Shown one piece after another: positions 18,494 through 29,163 of a stretch of DNA of 64,000 nt. The stretch comes from Myxococcota bacterium (GTDB lineage Bacteria; Myxococcota_A; Polyangia; Polyangiales; Houyiibacteriaceae). The position numbers and the translations under genes were made by a program. The notes under the pieces are model-generated. The model saw nothing but the letters and a program-made list of their open reading frames with translations. It was not told where the DNA came from and made no database searches. Positions within the stretch are counted from its first letter, which is position 1, and the number at the start of each line of letters is the position of its first letter. Location of the stretch: contig JBCCEA010000006.1 in NCBI GenBank assembly GCA_039030515.1, positions 64,001 through 128,000 of the forward strand, given 5' to 3'.

Positions 18494-20500
18494 ATGGAAA
18501 AGAACCTATCGAGAATACGCGCCGGTGCGGCGGTCTTGAATCAGACGCCTATGGACTGGCGCGGCAACGTGTCCAGAGCGTGTAAAGCAATAGGCATGGC
18601 GCGAAAGGCGGGAGTCAGCCTGCTCTGCCTACCTGAGCTTTGCCTCTCGGGCTACGGCTGTGAAGACATGTTTTTGAGCGGTTCCGTTGAGCGATATGCC
18701 TGGCAGGCTCTCGAGGAAGTCGCCCCGCATAGCGCGAACATGGTCGTTGCGGTCGGCCTTCCGGTGTCCTATCGGTCGCGCGTCTTCAACTGCGCAGCGC
18801 TCTTGGTGGACGGCCAAGTCGTAGGACTGGTGGCCAAGCAGTTCTTGGCGAGGGCAGGAATTCACTACGAACCCAGATGGTTTGCCGCGTGGCCCAAAGG
18901 CGAGGCGCACCACACTCAAAAGGGAGTGCCCATTGGCGACCTGGTTTTTGACGTGGGCAGTGTGCGAATCGGTTTTGAAATCTGTGAAGATGCTTGGGCA
19001 GCTCAAAGGCCCGGCCAAAGTTTGAGTCAGCATGGGCTCGACGTGCTTTTGAGTCCTAGCGCGAGTCATTTTTCTCTCGGAAAAAACGATATCCGGAAAA
19101 GAATTGTGCTCGAGGGCTCACGGGCATTCGGTAGCGGCTATATCTACAGCAACCTTTTAGGTAACGAGGCCGGGCGCGCCATCTATGATGGAGGGGCCAT
19201 GCTCGCTTGCGCTGGGGCGATGGTGGCGACGGGGCCTCGCTTTTCTTTCGAAGACGTCTGCCTCACCGATGCCGTGCTCGAACTCGGCGAAGCCCGCATG
19301 CTCCGCGCACAACGCGCTTGCTCAAGTCCAGAGGAGGCTCCGGCCTTGAGCATGTGCGTAAGAACTACCTTCGAGTGGCCCAGTATGCCTCCGGAGATAA
19401 GGAACGTGGAGGTGCCGGCGTGGGAAAAAGGTACTTGCGTGAAAGAGGAAGAATTCACGCGAGCCACCTGCCTCGGTCTCTTTGACTACCTGCGCAAAAG
19501 TCGATCGGGCGGATTTGTCGTTTCTCTCTCCGGAGGAGCAGACTCGGCTGCCTGTGCAGTGCTCGTGCGCCTGTGCATTGAAATGGCCGCAGCGGAACTT
19601 GGGATGGATGGAATCGCCCATAAACTCGCTCATATTCCGAACGTCAGGCAGGCGGGAAGTGTCGCAGAGCTTGTAAACGCTTTGCTTATTACCCTCTACC
19701 AGTCGACTGAACACAGTTCAGAAACCACTCGAAATGCAGCGTCTCAGGTCGCTGAGTCGATTTCAGCCAGCCATTCTGAACTCGATGTTTCCGAACTTGT
19801 TCGCGGTTACGTCACACGAATTGAACAAGCGCTACATACCGAACTCTCTTGGGCAGAACACGATATTGCTCTGCAGAATATCCAAGCTCGAGTTCGAGGT
19901 CCTAGCGCTTGGCTCATCGCAAACGTACGCGGTTTTTTGTTGCTCTCGACCAGCAATCGCTCCGAGTCCGCGGTCGGTTATGCGACGATGGACGGCGATA
20001 CCTGCGGTGGTCTCTCTCCCATTGCAGGCATCGATAAAGCGTTTCTCCAGCACTGGCTTAGATGGATGCAGAGTCAGGGCATGGACGGCTACTCAAAGTT
20101 TCCAGAACTCAAGTACGTCAACGACCAGGTGCCGACTGCGGAGCTACGTCCTCATGATTCAGCTCAGACCGATGAATCGGACCTCATGCCGTATCCGGTA
20201 CTCGATGCGATCGAGCGACACGCGATCGGCATGCGTCGCAGTCCGGCAGAGGTTATCGAATACGTACGCAACGAGTTTCCAGCCTACGAGCAGGACCTGC
20301 TTTTGCTATGGATTAAGAAGTTTTTCTCTCTCTGGGCGAAAAACCAATGGAAGCGAGAGAGATTCGCGCCGAGTTTTCATCTTGACGATAGAGATCTCGA
20401 TCCGAAAGCTTGGTGCCGATTTCCGATACTTAGCGGGGGATTTGAGGTCGAGCTTGAGCATTTGCAAAGTCACAAATCGCCGGCTCAAACCGAGGATTAA
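18494..20500 (+). CDS. nadE: Glutamine-dependent NAD+ synthetase
   Basis: Nitrilase domain (PELCLSGYGCED, FEICEDAW) plus SLSGGADS, QNIQARVR and NQWKRER. Start placed at ATG 18494, although the ORF is open from 18380. Confidence 0.93.
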   Translation: MEKNLSRIRAGAAVLNQTPMDWRGNVSRACKAIGMARKAGVSLLCLPELCLSGYGCEDMFLSGSVERYAWQALEEVAPHSANMVVAVGLPVSYRSRVFNCAALLVDGQVVGLVAKQFLARAGIHYEPRWFAAWPKGEAHHTQKGVPIGDLVFDVGSVRIGFEICEDAWAAQRPGQSLSQHGLDVLLSPSASHFSLGKNDIRKRIVLEGSRAFGSGYIYSNLLGNEAGRAIYDGGAMLACAGAMVATGPRFSFEDVCLTDAVLELGEARMLRAQRACSSPEEAPALSMCVRTTFEWPSMPPEIRNVEVPAWEKGTCVKEEEFTRATCLGLFDYLRKSRSGGFVVSLSGGADSAACAVLVRLCIEMAAAELGMDGIAHKLAHIPNVRQAGSVAELVNALLITLYQSTEHSSETTRNAASQVAESISASHSELDVSELVRGYVTRIEQALHTELSWAEHDIALQNIQARVRGPSAWLIANVRGFLLLSTSNRSESAVGYATMDGDTCGGLSPIAGIDKAFLQHWLRWMQSQGMDGYSKFPELKYVNDQVPTAELRPHDSAQTDESDLMPYPVLDAIERHAIGMRRSPAEVIEYVRNEFPAYEQDLLLLWIKKFFSLWAKNQWKRERFAPSFHLDDRDLDPKAWCRFPILSGGFEVELEHLQSHKSPAQTED

Positions 20501-20605
20501 TCTCGGCACATTTTGATTCGGCCCATCCCTAACTGCTCCGCTTCGCAAGAAGATCCGAGTCATGCGCAAATGGAGGTCAGCCGTTGCGACTATTGGATGC
20601 CCTCC

Positions 20606-20650
20606 TAGTCAGCGACGTCTCACCGGAGTAGTCAGCGACGTCTCACCGAA
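20606..20650. repeat. 23-bp tandem duplication
   Basis: tagtcagcgacgtctcaccg at 20606 and 20629. Confidence 0.85.
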
Positions 20651-20657
20651 GCGTACC

Positions 20658-20963
20658 CTAATGCTGAAGTTGAGCGAGAGGTCCCTCGCTCGTGCACGTG
20701 CCAGCGCCGGCGCAAGAGGAAGCTTCCATCAAACAGAGGCGCTGCTCTGTTGTGAACTTTTCAGTGCAGGTGGTGCGACATCCCGGAGGCATTGCACCGC
20801 ATACCGAATTCATCTGGGCGCATGCCTGACTGCACTGAGCGTCGGCCTGCAGCATCTCTTGAAACGTATCGGCTTGTTCCTCATCGGATACACGCTCATG
20901 GGCGCCGCATGCTGTGATTAGAGTCGATATCGAAAATACTGTAAAAGTGAATATATAACGCAT
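20658..20963 (-). CDS. Small Cys-rich putative lipoprotein
   Basis: Signal peptide MRYIFTFTVFSISTLITAC followed by CxxxC pairs. Confidence 0.6.
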   Translation of the reverse strand: MRYIFTFTVFSISTLITACGAHERVSDEEQADTFQEMLQADAQCSQACAQMNSVCGAMPPGCRTTCTEKFTTEQRLCLMEASSCAGAGTCTSEGPLAQLQH

Positions 20964-21185
20964 AAGGTCTCTCGCTCGACTAAGTTGTATCTAAGTACGC
21001 AGTGTCCTTGAACGCAGTTCCCTCAAAAACATTGCGATGTGGGAGTAAGCAAGTCTTATACCGAGAATTGAGCCGAGCTCTCGATTCGCTTGCCCTGAAC
21101 TGGCGCCATATCGAGTCACTGCTATCGTCGCAGGCTTTGGGCCGATAGCGAATCCTCGCAGCCCTGTGGCAAAGAGAAGGGCACC

Positions 21186-21947
21186 ATGGAATCGGCGACC
21201 GCTTGGATGTATCTTCTGCTCGCCGGAGCTGGAGTCGCCGCGGGCTTTATCAACACCATAGCCGCCGGAGGTTCGATGCTGACGCTTCCAGTGTTGATGC
21301 TTCTGGGCATGCCCGCGGATGTGGCCAACGGTACCAACCGATTGAGCATCGCGACGCAGTCTGTTTCCGGTATTTTTGCCTTTCACCGCCGAGGAAAACT
21401 CGACCACCAGGCTGTACTGCCCGTCGTGATTCCCGTCGCCGTAGGCGCTCTGCTCGGCGCCGGCTTTGCTACCTTGGTCCCAGAACGTGTCCTAAAGCCG
21501 GCGCTGCTTGTGACGATGTTGGTCACCGCGTTCGTCATCGCGTGTTCGCCTCAATGGTCTGAAAGCGCCTCGCAGCGTGCACCCCTCGACGCTAGGAAGA
21601 GCCATCGGGCACATGCAGGTCTCTTTTTTGCGGGCCTTTACGGTGGATTCATCCAGGCTGGGGTCGGATTTATTCTGCTTTTCACGCTCGTAACCACGCT
21701 TGGCTACGATTTGCTGAGGGCCAACGCACTCAAGCTTGTATGTGCCCTTGCCCTTGGAGTGATCGCTGTAATCGTATTTGCAACTTCCGGTGATGTGGAG
21801 TGGATACCCGCTTCGGTTTTGGCGGTTTCAACGGTAGTGGGGTCTCAACTCGGCGTCCGATTTGCTCTTTCGGTTTCCCCAAAGGTAGTGCGATGGATCG
21901 TACTCGCCGCTATTTCGACCGTTTGTATTGCGGCGCTATTTAAGTAG
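21186..21947 (+). CDS. Sulfite exporter TauE/SafE family permease
   Basis: AGFINTIAAGGSMLTLP, ANGTNR, GLYGGFIQAGVG. Confidence 0.9.
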   Translation: MESATAWMYLLLAGAGVAAGFINTIAAGGSMLTLPVLMLLGMPADVANGTNRLSIATQSVSGIFAFHRRGKLDHQAVLPVVIPVAVGALLGAGFATLVPERVLKPALLVTMLVTAFVIACSPQWSESASQRAPLDARKSHRAHAGLFFAGLYGGFIQAGVGFILLFTLVTTLGYDLLRANALKLVCALALGVIAVIVFATSGDVEWIPASVLAVSTVVGSQLGVRFALSVSPKVVRWIVLAAISTVCIAALFK

Positions 21948-21979
21948 CCAGTCGTTTTACTAAGTAGCCAGTCGTTTTA
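21941..21979. repeat. 20-bp tandem duplication spanning the TauE stop codon
   Basis: taagtagccagtcgtttta x2. Confidence 0.88.
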
Positions 21980-22254
21980 GTTAGGTAGTCACGCTCCAAG
22001 ATCGAGGTTCCAAAATAAAATATCGCGACTTTGATCCTCGGCCTTTTATTGTTTTTTACCAGAGGAGATGGCATCCGCAGACGCCATTGCCCGGGAACTT
22101 AAATCCCCACTGAAGATGCTTCAGCCTCACCAACGAAGCTTGCTGTGCCCCTCCGAGACTTCCCAGTCGGTCGATCTTCCTGAACGCGAAAGGTTTGATG
22201 CACGTGCACAGCTCTTGCAAAGGTGCATGACTCTTGCAGGAGTGTCTGTCGTCT

Positions 22255-23019
22255 ATGACTCGAATAATTACCTTAGCGACGGCACTGCTCGGATGCGTCG
22301 CATCGGGACTGCTCGGATGCGCTGCATCAGGTGCAAGCATCGATCTTCCCATCGAAACCGATGCGGGGTCGAATCAAACATGCAACGTCTCTCAGACAGC
22401 TTGTGGCGAAGAATGTGTCGACCTTCTAGCCAATCGATCTCACTGCGGTAGCTGTTTTCGATCTTGTGGTGCTGCACAGTTTTGTATCGATGGAAATTGT
22501 CTGGCTTCGTGTCCCTCGGGACAGACCGCCTGTGGCGGTCAATGCGCTCGACTGTTGGAAGATCCACTCAATTGCGGTGCATGCGGACGTCAGTGTGATG
22601 AAGGTTTGAGTTGCTCTGGTGGAACGTGCACCTGTGGAGCTGGAAGTCTGGTTTGTGGAAGTGCATGCACGGACATACTCTCCGACGCCTTGAACTGCGG
22701 TTCATGCGGCACGATTTGCGGCAGCGACGAGGAGTGCGCCGGAGGTGTCTGCGCATGCAGCGGATACGCTACAGAGGTGTCGTGTGTCGATGGTCGAGAC
22801 AACGACTGCGACGGTCTCATCGACTGCAATGACGACGACTGCGTTGGTGCGCTGCGCGTCTGCACTTCTGGCTGTGGTTTTGGGGTTCAGGAATGCAGAC
22901 AGACCAACGAGTGGAGTTCGTGCAGTGCGCGACCCTCTGCGGAAAGCGCCACCGAATGTGAAGATGGCATCGATCAGAACTGCGACGGTGTCGACCTAGC
23001 ATGTGCGGACGAGCCGTGA
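22255..23019 (+). CDS. Cys-rich repeat lipoprotein of myxobacterial type
   Basis: Signal peptide with LLGC, repeats C..L.D..NCG.CG..C, and DGxDNDCDG metal-binding-like motifs. Confidence 0.8.
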   Translation: MTRIITLATALLGCVASGLLGCAASGASIDLPIETDAGSNQTCNVSQTACGEECVDLLANRSHCGSCFRSCGAAQFCIDGNCLASCPSGQTACGGQCARLLEDPLNCGACGRQCDEGLSCSGGTCTCGAGSLVCGSACTDILSDALNCGSCGTICGSDEECAGGVCACSGYATEVSCVDGRDNDCDGLIDCNDDDCVGALRVCTSGCGFGVQECRQTNEWSSCSARPSAESATECEDGIDQNCDGVDLACADEP

Positions 23020-23042
23020 TGGCGGTGCACGGCAGATACGTT

Positions 23043-23828
23043 CTAAAGTCCGTGCCCCTCGGCGAATGAATCACGTGCACGCTTCACAAGTTTCTGCACG
23101 CACGTTTGCGCATGCTCTGCGAGTTCGGTGCTGCGTCCGGCGACCTCAAGAGGCGTGCCTACTGCCGCAGAAACAGCCGCTTCGGGATCGGCTGCAACGC
23201 TCGACAAGTGCTCCAAGAAGGTCTTGTCCACGTAGGCGTTGTGTTCTTTATAGGCGATGCCCACCGGCATAATCTCGCAGTCGATTCCGCGAGCCGCCGC
23301 AAATACCCCAGGTTGGAACGGAAGCACTTCGTCTCCAAGCGAGGTTTTTCCCTCGGGAAACGCAACCACGGTACCTCCCTCACGTAGGCGGCGCCGGATC
23401 GCACGGATCGCGGAGGCTCCGCTATGGACGTCGTCCCGATCCACGAAAATCGTGTCGACGCTTCGTGCAGCCCAGCCCATCAAAGGCCACTGAGCCAGAT
23501 CCCCCCGACTCAAACACGCGCCTCCGAAGTACCCCAGAAGGATACCGATATCCACGGCGCTTTGGTGGTTCGCAACGACAAGGCGCCCTCGTTTGGACTT
23601 CGGCGCAGGAAGCGCAGGTTGGTATCGGGTTTGGATCCCCAGAACGCGCATCACTCGACTGACGTAGCGTTTCAAATGGACGTCCTTAAGCTCTGTCTGC
23701 AGCCGGTCCGGCGCTCGAGCCCTGGCTCTGTTCAAAAAATACACCGAAGCTACAGTGGACGCTAGGAACGCTGCGCTTCGAAATCCGACGCGTGCAACCC
23801 TCATCAGAGCCACGTTCATAGTCCGCAC
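23043..23828 (-). CDS. 1-acyl-sn-glycerol-3-phosphate acyltransferase family protein
   Basis: NHQSAVD (HxxxxD), FVDR and FPEG motifs. Confidence 0.9.
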   Translation of the reverse strand: MRTMNVALMRVARVGFRSAAFLASTVASVYFLNRARARAPDRLQTELKDVHLKRYVSRVMRVLGIQTRYQPALPAPKSKRGRLVVANHQSAVDIGILLGYFGGACLSRGDLAQWPLMGWAARSVDTIFVDRDDVHSGASAIRAIRRRLREGGTVVAFPEGKTSLGDEVLPFQPGVFAAARGIDCEIMPVGIAYKEHNAYVDKTFLEHLSSVAADPEAAVSAAVGTPLEVAGRSTELAEHAQTCVQKLVKRARDSFAEGHGL

Positions 23829-23939
23829 CCGATATTCATGCCAGCCCTAGCCAGACCGCGGCAAAGGAAACGAACGCCCCTAGTTTGATCGAAGGCTGAT
23901 CCAAATCAGATGCGCTATCGCGTCGCTAAAAGTCGACCT

Positions 23940-24305
23940 TCATTCGGGAAAGAAAACGACTCTTGCTACGCATGTCTCCTCCAAAGTGACCGACGACAGT
24001 TTCGCTGGAGCCGGGATTTGGATCCGCTCCGCGATAAAGCGAGCGATGTGCTCACTGGTCGGGTTCTCGAGTCCCTCCACCTCATTGAGGTAGCGATGGT
24101 CCAACATCGCGTGAAGGGGTTTGAATGCTTCATCGAGCTCTGCGAAATCCATGACCCAGCCGAACTCATCATCTACCGGACCGCGCACCCGAATGGTCAC
24201 GTAAAAGCTGTGTCCGTGCAGGCGCGCGCACTTGTGGCCCGGAGGAACATGAGGCAATCGATGGGCCGCCTCGAACCGAAAGCGGCGCTCGATCTCCGTG
24301 GGCAT
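23940..24305 (-). CDS. queD: 6-carboxy-5,6,7,8-tetrahydropterin synthase
   Basis: FEAAHRLP, KCARLHGHS, LDHRYLN, NPTSE. Confidence 0.95.
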   Translation of the reverse strand: MPTEIERRFRFEAAHRLPHVPPGHKCARLHGHSFYVTIRVRGPVDDEFGWVMDFAELDEAFKPLHAMLDHRYLNEVEGLENPTSEHIARFIAERIQIPAPAKLSSVTLEETCVARVVFFPE

Positions 24306-24379
24306 GGAAAGGGATGCATCGAAGGTTTCAGTCTGTCAATCTGCTGCCCGCCCTTATTCGGCGAGAGGATCGAACCTCG

Positions 24380-24859
24380 ATGGATGAAAAGACATCCGAA
24401 TTTTCGCAAGCGACGATGACCGAGATCGTGCTTCCCCAGCATGCCAATGCGCTCGGGACCGCGTTTGGTGGAACGGTGATGAGTTGGGTAGACGTGTGTG
24501 CGGCGGTTGTGGCGCAGCGTCATTGCGGTCGGATCGCGGTGACCGCCTCGATAGACCAGCTGGATTTCACCGCACCTCTCAGGATCGGGGATGTGGCCGT
24601 GATCGAAGGCCGGATCAACGCGGCGTTTCGGACCTCGCTTGAGATTGAGGTGCATGTGGACCGTGAGGATTCCCCGGACTGCAAACGGATTCGATGTGCA
24701 GATGCGTTGCTCACGTTCGTGAATGTGGACGACCGAGGCACGCCATGCCCGGTGCCCGAGCTTCGGATTGTCTCCGCCGAAGATCACACTCGCCTCGAAC
24801 AGGCCCGGGCCCGTAAACGGGATCGATTGGCACGCCGAAAGACTGAATCAGAGGCTTAG
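24380..24859 (+). CDS. Acyl-CoA thioesterase (hotdog fold)
   Basis: VLPQHANALGTAFGGTVMSWVD, VTASID. Confidence 0.9.
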   Translation: MDEKTSEFSQATMTEIVLPQHANALGTAFGGTVMSWVDVCAAVVAQRHCGRIAVTASIDQLDFTAPLRIGDVAVIEGRINAAFRTSLEIEVHVDREDSPDCKRIRCADALLTFVNVDDRGTPCPVPELRIVSAEDHTRLEQARARKRDRLARRKTESEA

Positions 24860-24936
24860 GCACGCCTTCTGGCTGATCCAAGGTGGGCGCACAACCCTTG
24901 CGTACCGTCGAACCCCATCGCATCGTCCGCTTCATC

Positions 24937-25725
24937 ATGCGCTCGCGATCGAATGCCGGATCCCTGTTTTTGCTCCTCGTCGCCTCGTGCGGAGGAGCGT
25001 CCGCTCGCGGTGAGGACGGTGTCGAAAAGCTCGCAGATGACGCCACCGCGCAACAAAGCTACGAGGACGCCCTCGCCGACTTCCGGGACGATCGCTGCAT
25101 CGACGCTGAACCGAGCTTCCGCCAGGTGCGTCGCGAATTCCCATACAGCCGTTTCGCCGCGCTAGCCGAGCTTCGAATCGCAGACTGCCTTTTGATGCAG
25201 GACAGCCACGCTGAAGCGATTCAGGCCTATCGGCAGTTTGTGCGTTTTCGCCCATCGCACCCGGAGGTGCCCTACGCTCGATTCAAGGTGGCGCAAGCCT
25301 ACTACGACCAAATCCCCACGAGCTGGTTTCTCGTCCCGCCCTCGTATGAACGCGATCAAGAACCCACGCGTCAGGCGCTTTCAAAGCTTCGCAGGTTCGT
25401 CGTCGACTTCCCTGAGGATCCCCGAATCCAGGAAGCGAAGGAGATGTCCGAGCGCTGCTTGCGTCTCTTGGCGCAGCATGAGTTTGCCATCGCCAAGTTT
25501 TACCGGCGTCAAGAAGCGGATCGGGCAGTGATCATACGCCTACGCACGCTACTTCGGACGTATGAGGGAAGTGGTTTGGAACCAGAGGCGCTGTGGATGC
25601 TCGGGCAAGCCCACGTTCGTATGGATCAGGTTGACCTTGCCCGAGAAGCGTTTCGCGAATTGATCTCTCGCTTCCCGCAGAGTGAACCCGCACAAAAGGC
25701 AAGAGAAGCCGTTCGCAGGCTTTGA
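24937..25725 (+). CDS. bamD: Outer membrane protein assembly factor BamD
   Basis: Lipobox VASC, FPYSRFAALAELRIAD, RDQ, LAQHEFAIAKFY. Confidence 0.88.
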   Translation: MRSRSNAGSLFLLLVASCGGASARGEDGVEKLADDATAQQSYEDALADFRDDRCIDAEPSFRQVRREFPYSRFAALAELRIADCLLMQDSHAEAIQAYRQFVRFRPSHPEVPYARFKVAQAYYDQIPTSWFLVPPSYERDQEPTRQALSKLRRFVVDFPEDPRIQEAKEMSERCLRLLAQHEFAIAKFYRRQEADRAVIIRLRTLLRTYEGSGLEPEALWMLGQAHVRMDQVDLAREAFRELISRFPQSEPAQKAREAVRRL

Positions 25726-25834
25726 ACCCTGGTTCTTCTGCTTCGCGCAGGCTGGTCGCGTTTGAGTCGTTGCCCGAGTTTGGATTCATTTCGTTGCGGC
25801 TCCATCCGGAAGCGGGATAGGCTGAGCGGAGATC

Positions 25835-26644
25835 ATGGACGAGCGAACCAAGCAGCTCCTCTCCCTGGGGCGCGAACACTACGATAAGCGCGAATTCGAT
25901 AAGGCAGGACACTATTTCCGTCAGCTTCTCGATCGAAACGTTCGCTTTGCCGATGTGTACAACATGATGGGGGTGATTCATCACGACTGCGGTCGATTTG
26001 AAGACGCTCAAAAGGCCTTCGAAGAGGCTTTGGCGATCAATCCTCAGTACACCGAAGCGGCTCTCAACTTGGCGGTGACGTACAACGATCTCGGTCGTTA
26101 CGACGACGCCAAGCAGATCTACCAGCAGGCGATCGTTCGGGGCAGCCTGGGTTCAGGGCAGCCAGATCCCTTCGTCAAAGGCAAGATCGCCAATCTTCAC
26201 GCTGAAGTAGCCCAGGCCTACGTGGATGCGGGTCTCGTTGCGGAAGCGATGCATGAATTGCGCAAGGCGGTGCTTCTTTGTCCTCAGTTTGCCGATCTAA
26301 GGCTCCGACTGGCCAATCTTTACCGTCAGCAGGGCGACTTGGATGCGGCGCGCTATGAGCTTGAAGAGGGGCTCAAGCGTAAGCCTGATTTCGTTCCGAT
26401 TCACGTGGCGTTGGGCGTGGTTCAGTTGGCGCTCGGCTCGGCTGAGAAGGCGATCGAGTGCTGGGAGGGAGCGCTTCGGCGGGATCCCAACAACAAGACG
26501 GCTCAGATGTATCTGCGCACGGTACGTACCGGTCGAGGAATGTCGATGGATTCTGAATTTCCTCGGGTAGCGACCTCGCTTTCGGACGAGGTTACCGCGG
26601 CGGCATCTCAGCTTCCAAAGGCCGATGCAGACGAATCGAGCTGA
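25835..26644 (+). CDS. Tetratricopeptide repeat protein
   Basis: Multiple TPR units, e.g. ADVYNMMGVI and ALAINPQYTEAALNLA. Confidence 0.88.
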   Translation: MDERTKQLLSLGREHYDKREFDKAGHYFRQLLDRNVRFADVYNMMGVIHHDCGRFEDAQKAFEEALAINPQYTEAALNLAVTYNDLGRYDDAKQIYQQAIVRGSLGSGQPDPFVKGKIANLHAEVAQAYVDAGLVAEAMHELRKAVLLCPQFADLRLRLANLYRQQGDLDAARYELEEGLKRKPDFVPIHVALGVVQLALGSAEKAIECWEGALRRDPNNKTAQMYLRTVRTGRGMSMDSEFPRVATSLSDEVTAAASQLPKADADESS

Positions 26645-26694
26645 TCGAGTACACCTCCGCGATCTTCGCGCCGACAACCTGAGCTTGGGACGCG

Positions 26695-28182
26695 ATGTCT
26701 GCCGGCTGCGGGGGCACATCGTTTGGTCGCGCGCTATCTAGAATGGCCCCAGGTTTTATAGGAGCTTTTGTGCACTGTCTTTGGAAACTTCAACTGCGAT
26801 CTCAGAGCGCTCCACCTGCGCGATCCCCGATCGCTCTTCACTGGAGATCAGTTCTTCAAACCTCGGCCCTGACTGCACTGGCCCTTGCAGTGGCGTGTAG
26901 CGACAGCGCTCGCGTAGAGGTGGACGCAGCCGTAGAGATGGATGCAGCCGTCGAGGACAGCGGAAAGGACAGCAGCATGGACAGCGGTGCGGACGGGGCT
27001 GCCGCGAGCTGTCCTGCGGAACCCCTGCCTGCACTGATAGGCGAAACCGTGACCGGCGGACTGACGATGCCTGTTTTCGTGACCCAAGCGCCGGGTACCG
27101 AGGACGGTACCCTTTGGATCCTTGAAAAAGGTGGGCGCATTCTCCTGCATCGGGATGGCGCACTGCTGCCTACTCCCTTTTTGGACCTCCGATCCAAGTT
27201 AGGCGAGGTTACGCTCAACGACGAACGCGGACTGCTCGGTTTGGCGTTTCATCCGCAGTATCAAACAAATCGAAGATTCTTTATCTACTACGCGCCTGCT
27301 AGTGGCGATGAAACCAACTTCAATATCGTTGCAGAATACCTGCGGTCTGAACCGGATCCCGACGTCGCCGACTCAGATGAGTTTGCCCGCTTGTTTGCGG
27401 AGCAGAGCCCTTTTTCGAATCATAATGGAGGTATGCTTGCGTTCCGACCAAGCGACGGCATGCTCTATGTTGGGATAGGCGATGGCGGTGGTGCGAACGA
27501 CCTCCGGCAGACTGCGCTCGACCTCGGCTCCCCCTTCGGGAAGTTGCTGCGTTTTGATCCGGATGTCGCCGGATATCTCCCGGAAGACAATCCGTTTCGC
27601 GATCGTGGTCGCGCCGATGTGTGGGCGTACGGATTGCGAAATCCATGGCGGTTTAGTTTTGATCGGGCGAACGACGACCTGTGGATAGGCGACGTGGGAC
27701 AAGACACCGCGGAGGAGATCAACCATCTGCCGGCTTCTGCCGGTGGCGCCAATTTCGGTTGGAGCTGCTTCGAAGGGGAAGCTCCTTTTGCCGCGACCGC
27801 CTACACGCCCTCCGAGTGCACAGCGCTGACCGCCGACCACGTGCCTCCCGTCTACTCCTTTGGCCACGGTCAGTTCCCCGGGGCAGCGCTCGTGACCGGA
27901 GCCTGTTCCGTGACCGGCGGGTACGTATACCGAGGCTCCGCGATCAAAGCGCTTCGTGGCTACTACGTGTTCACGGACTACTGCAGTGAAGTCATCGCGG
28001 CAGTGAAGCCGTGTGAAGAAGGAGGAGGGCTAGAGGAACAAGCGCTGAATATCGACTTGCCCGCCTCACGTCTTATTACCTCCTTCGGGGAGGATCTCGA
28101 CGGAGCCTTGTACATCGTGCGCCAGGATAGTGAGAATGACGCCGATGGAGCGATTTACCGTATCACGCTTGCCGAACCATAG
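26695..28182 (+). CDS. PQQ-dependent glucose/sorbosone dehydrogenase family lipoprotein
   Basis: ERGLLGLAFHP, NHNGG, GDGG, GLRNPWRFSFD, DVGQ. The true start is probably downstream of 26695. Confidence 0.88.
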   Translation: MSAGCGGTSFGRALSRMAPGFIGAFVHCLWKLQLRSQSAPPARSPIALHWRSVLQTSALTALALAVACSDSARVEVDAAVEMDAAVEDSGKDSSMDSGADGAAASCPAEPLPALIGETVTGGLTMPVFVTQAPGTEDGTLWILEKGGRILLHRDGALLPTPFLDLRSKLGEVTLNDERGLLGLAFHPQYQTNRRFFIYYAPASGDETNFNIVAEYLRSEPDPDVADSDEFARLFAEQSPFSNHNGGMLAFRPSDGMLYVGIGDGGGANDLRQTALDLGSPFGKLLRFDPDVAGYLPEDNPFRDRGRADVWAYGLRNPWRFSFDRANDDLWIGDVGQDTAEEINHLPASAGGANFGWSCFEGEAPFAATAYTPSECTALTADHVPPVYSFGHGQFPGAALVTGACSVTGGYVYRGSAIKALRGYYVFTDYCSEVIAAVKPCEEGGGLEEQALNIDLPASRLITSFGEDLDGALYIVRQDSENDADGAIYRITLAEP

Positions 28183-28242
28183 AGGGCGTCGGCAGCGGAG
28201 ACGCTCAGGCCACTCGGCGTTCATAGCACCCGATAGGGAAAC

Positions 28243-29070
28243 TTGGGTCCTCTGGCTGTTTCGAGATCAAACTGCTACGTTTCTCAAGTGACACATGCCG
28301 AAAGACATAGTGCACTTCAGCTATGGCCGCTTTTAGGGCGGCCTACACACTACGCCTTATTCGCAGCGGCCGTTTGTGCTTTCTCATTTAGTTCAGGCTG
28401 CGCGGACGACTCAGACGCTCGAGGGCTTTCTGTCTTTGAGTTGCGTTTGGAGTTGCCCTCAACCCCTGAACGTCGTTACGCGCACGTTCAGGTCGAAGGG
28501 CGATTCCGTGATCCCCGTGGATCGTGGGACGACGTAGAGGTCTATACGTACGATCTGCAGTCGGTGCCCGTCGATGCCTCCGATCCCGATCACGGGTGTA
28601 ACGTCACTATTTCCATCTCTACCGAAAATCCCGACAGCATTCTATTCGCTCCTCCGATCGCAGGTGGTTTCGTTCGCGAGAACAACTTTGGAATGCAGGT
28701 GCGTACTCGGTTCTGCCAGCGAACCAATCCAGGTCGTTGCTCAGATACAGCGCCAACTTGGCTCTTCGACTTTGCAAACCCCTTCGTTCCTGAGCAAGCA
28801 ACGCTATTTCGAGCCGGGTTGGGGGGCAGTGCCTGTCTGGGCGGTGGTTGGAACGACGAGACCTATCGCTTGCGTTCAGACCTCTCTCCCGATCCATCTA
28901 CCGACGCCGAAGACCCAAGCTCAGAACTCTTCGAACCCTTACGCAATCTGATACAGCAGGACCCGGATCCCGTCTTAGAAGTCAACTACTACCGCCAGTG
29001 GAATGCAGAGGATTTTGTGCTCATCGGCGACTGTGCTCGAGGCGAGGATCTCAGAGACTGCACGCCGTGA
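28243..29070 (+). CDS. Hypothetical lipoprotein
   Basis: Hydrophobic stretch ending SSGC, co-oriented with its neighbours. Start uncertain. Confidence 0.55.
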   Translation: MGPLAVSRSNCYVSQVTHAERHSALQLWPLLGRPTHYALFAAAVCAFSFSSGCADDSDARGLSVFELRLELPSTPERRYAHVQVEGRFRDPRGSWDDVEVYTYDLQSVPVDASDPDHGCNVTISISTENPDSILFAPPIAGGFVRENNFGMQVRTRFCQRTNPGRCSDTAPTWLFDFANPFVPEQATLFRAGLGGSACLGGGWNDETYRLRSDLSPDPSTDAEDPSSELFEPLRNLIQQDPDPVLEVNYYRQWNAEDFVLIGDCARGEDLRDCTP

Positions 29071-29163
29071 CTGCGATGCGACTTTCTTCGGACGAAGCAG
29101 GCCTCGAGCGGAATCGAATGGTGCGAGGCTTTCTCGGTAACCGATCGCAATCCCGGTGCTAGT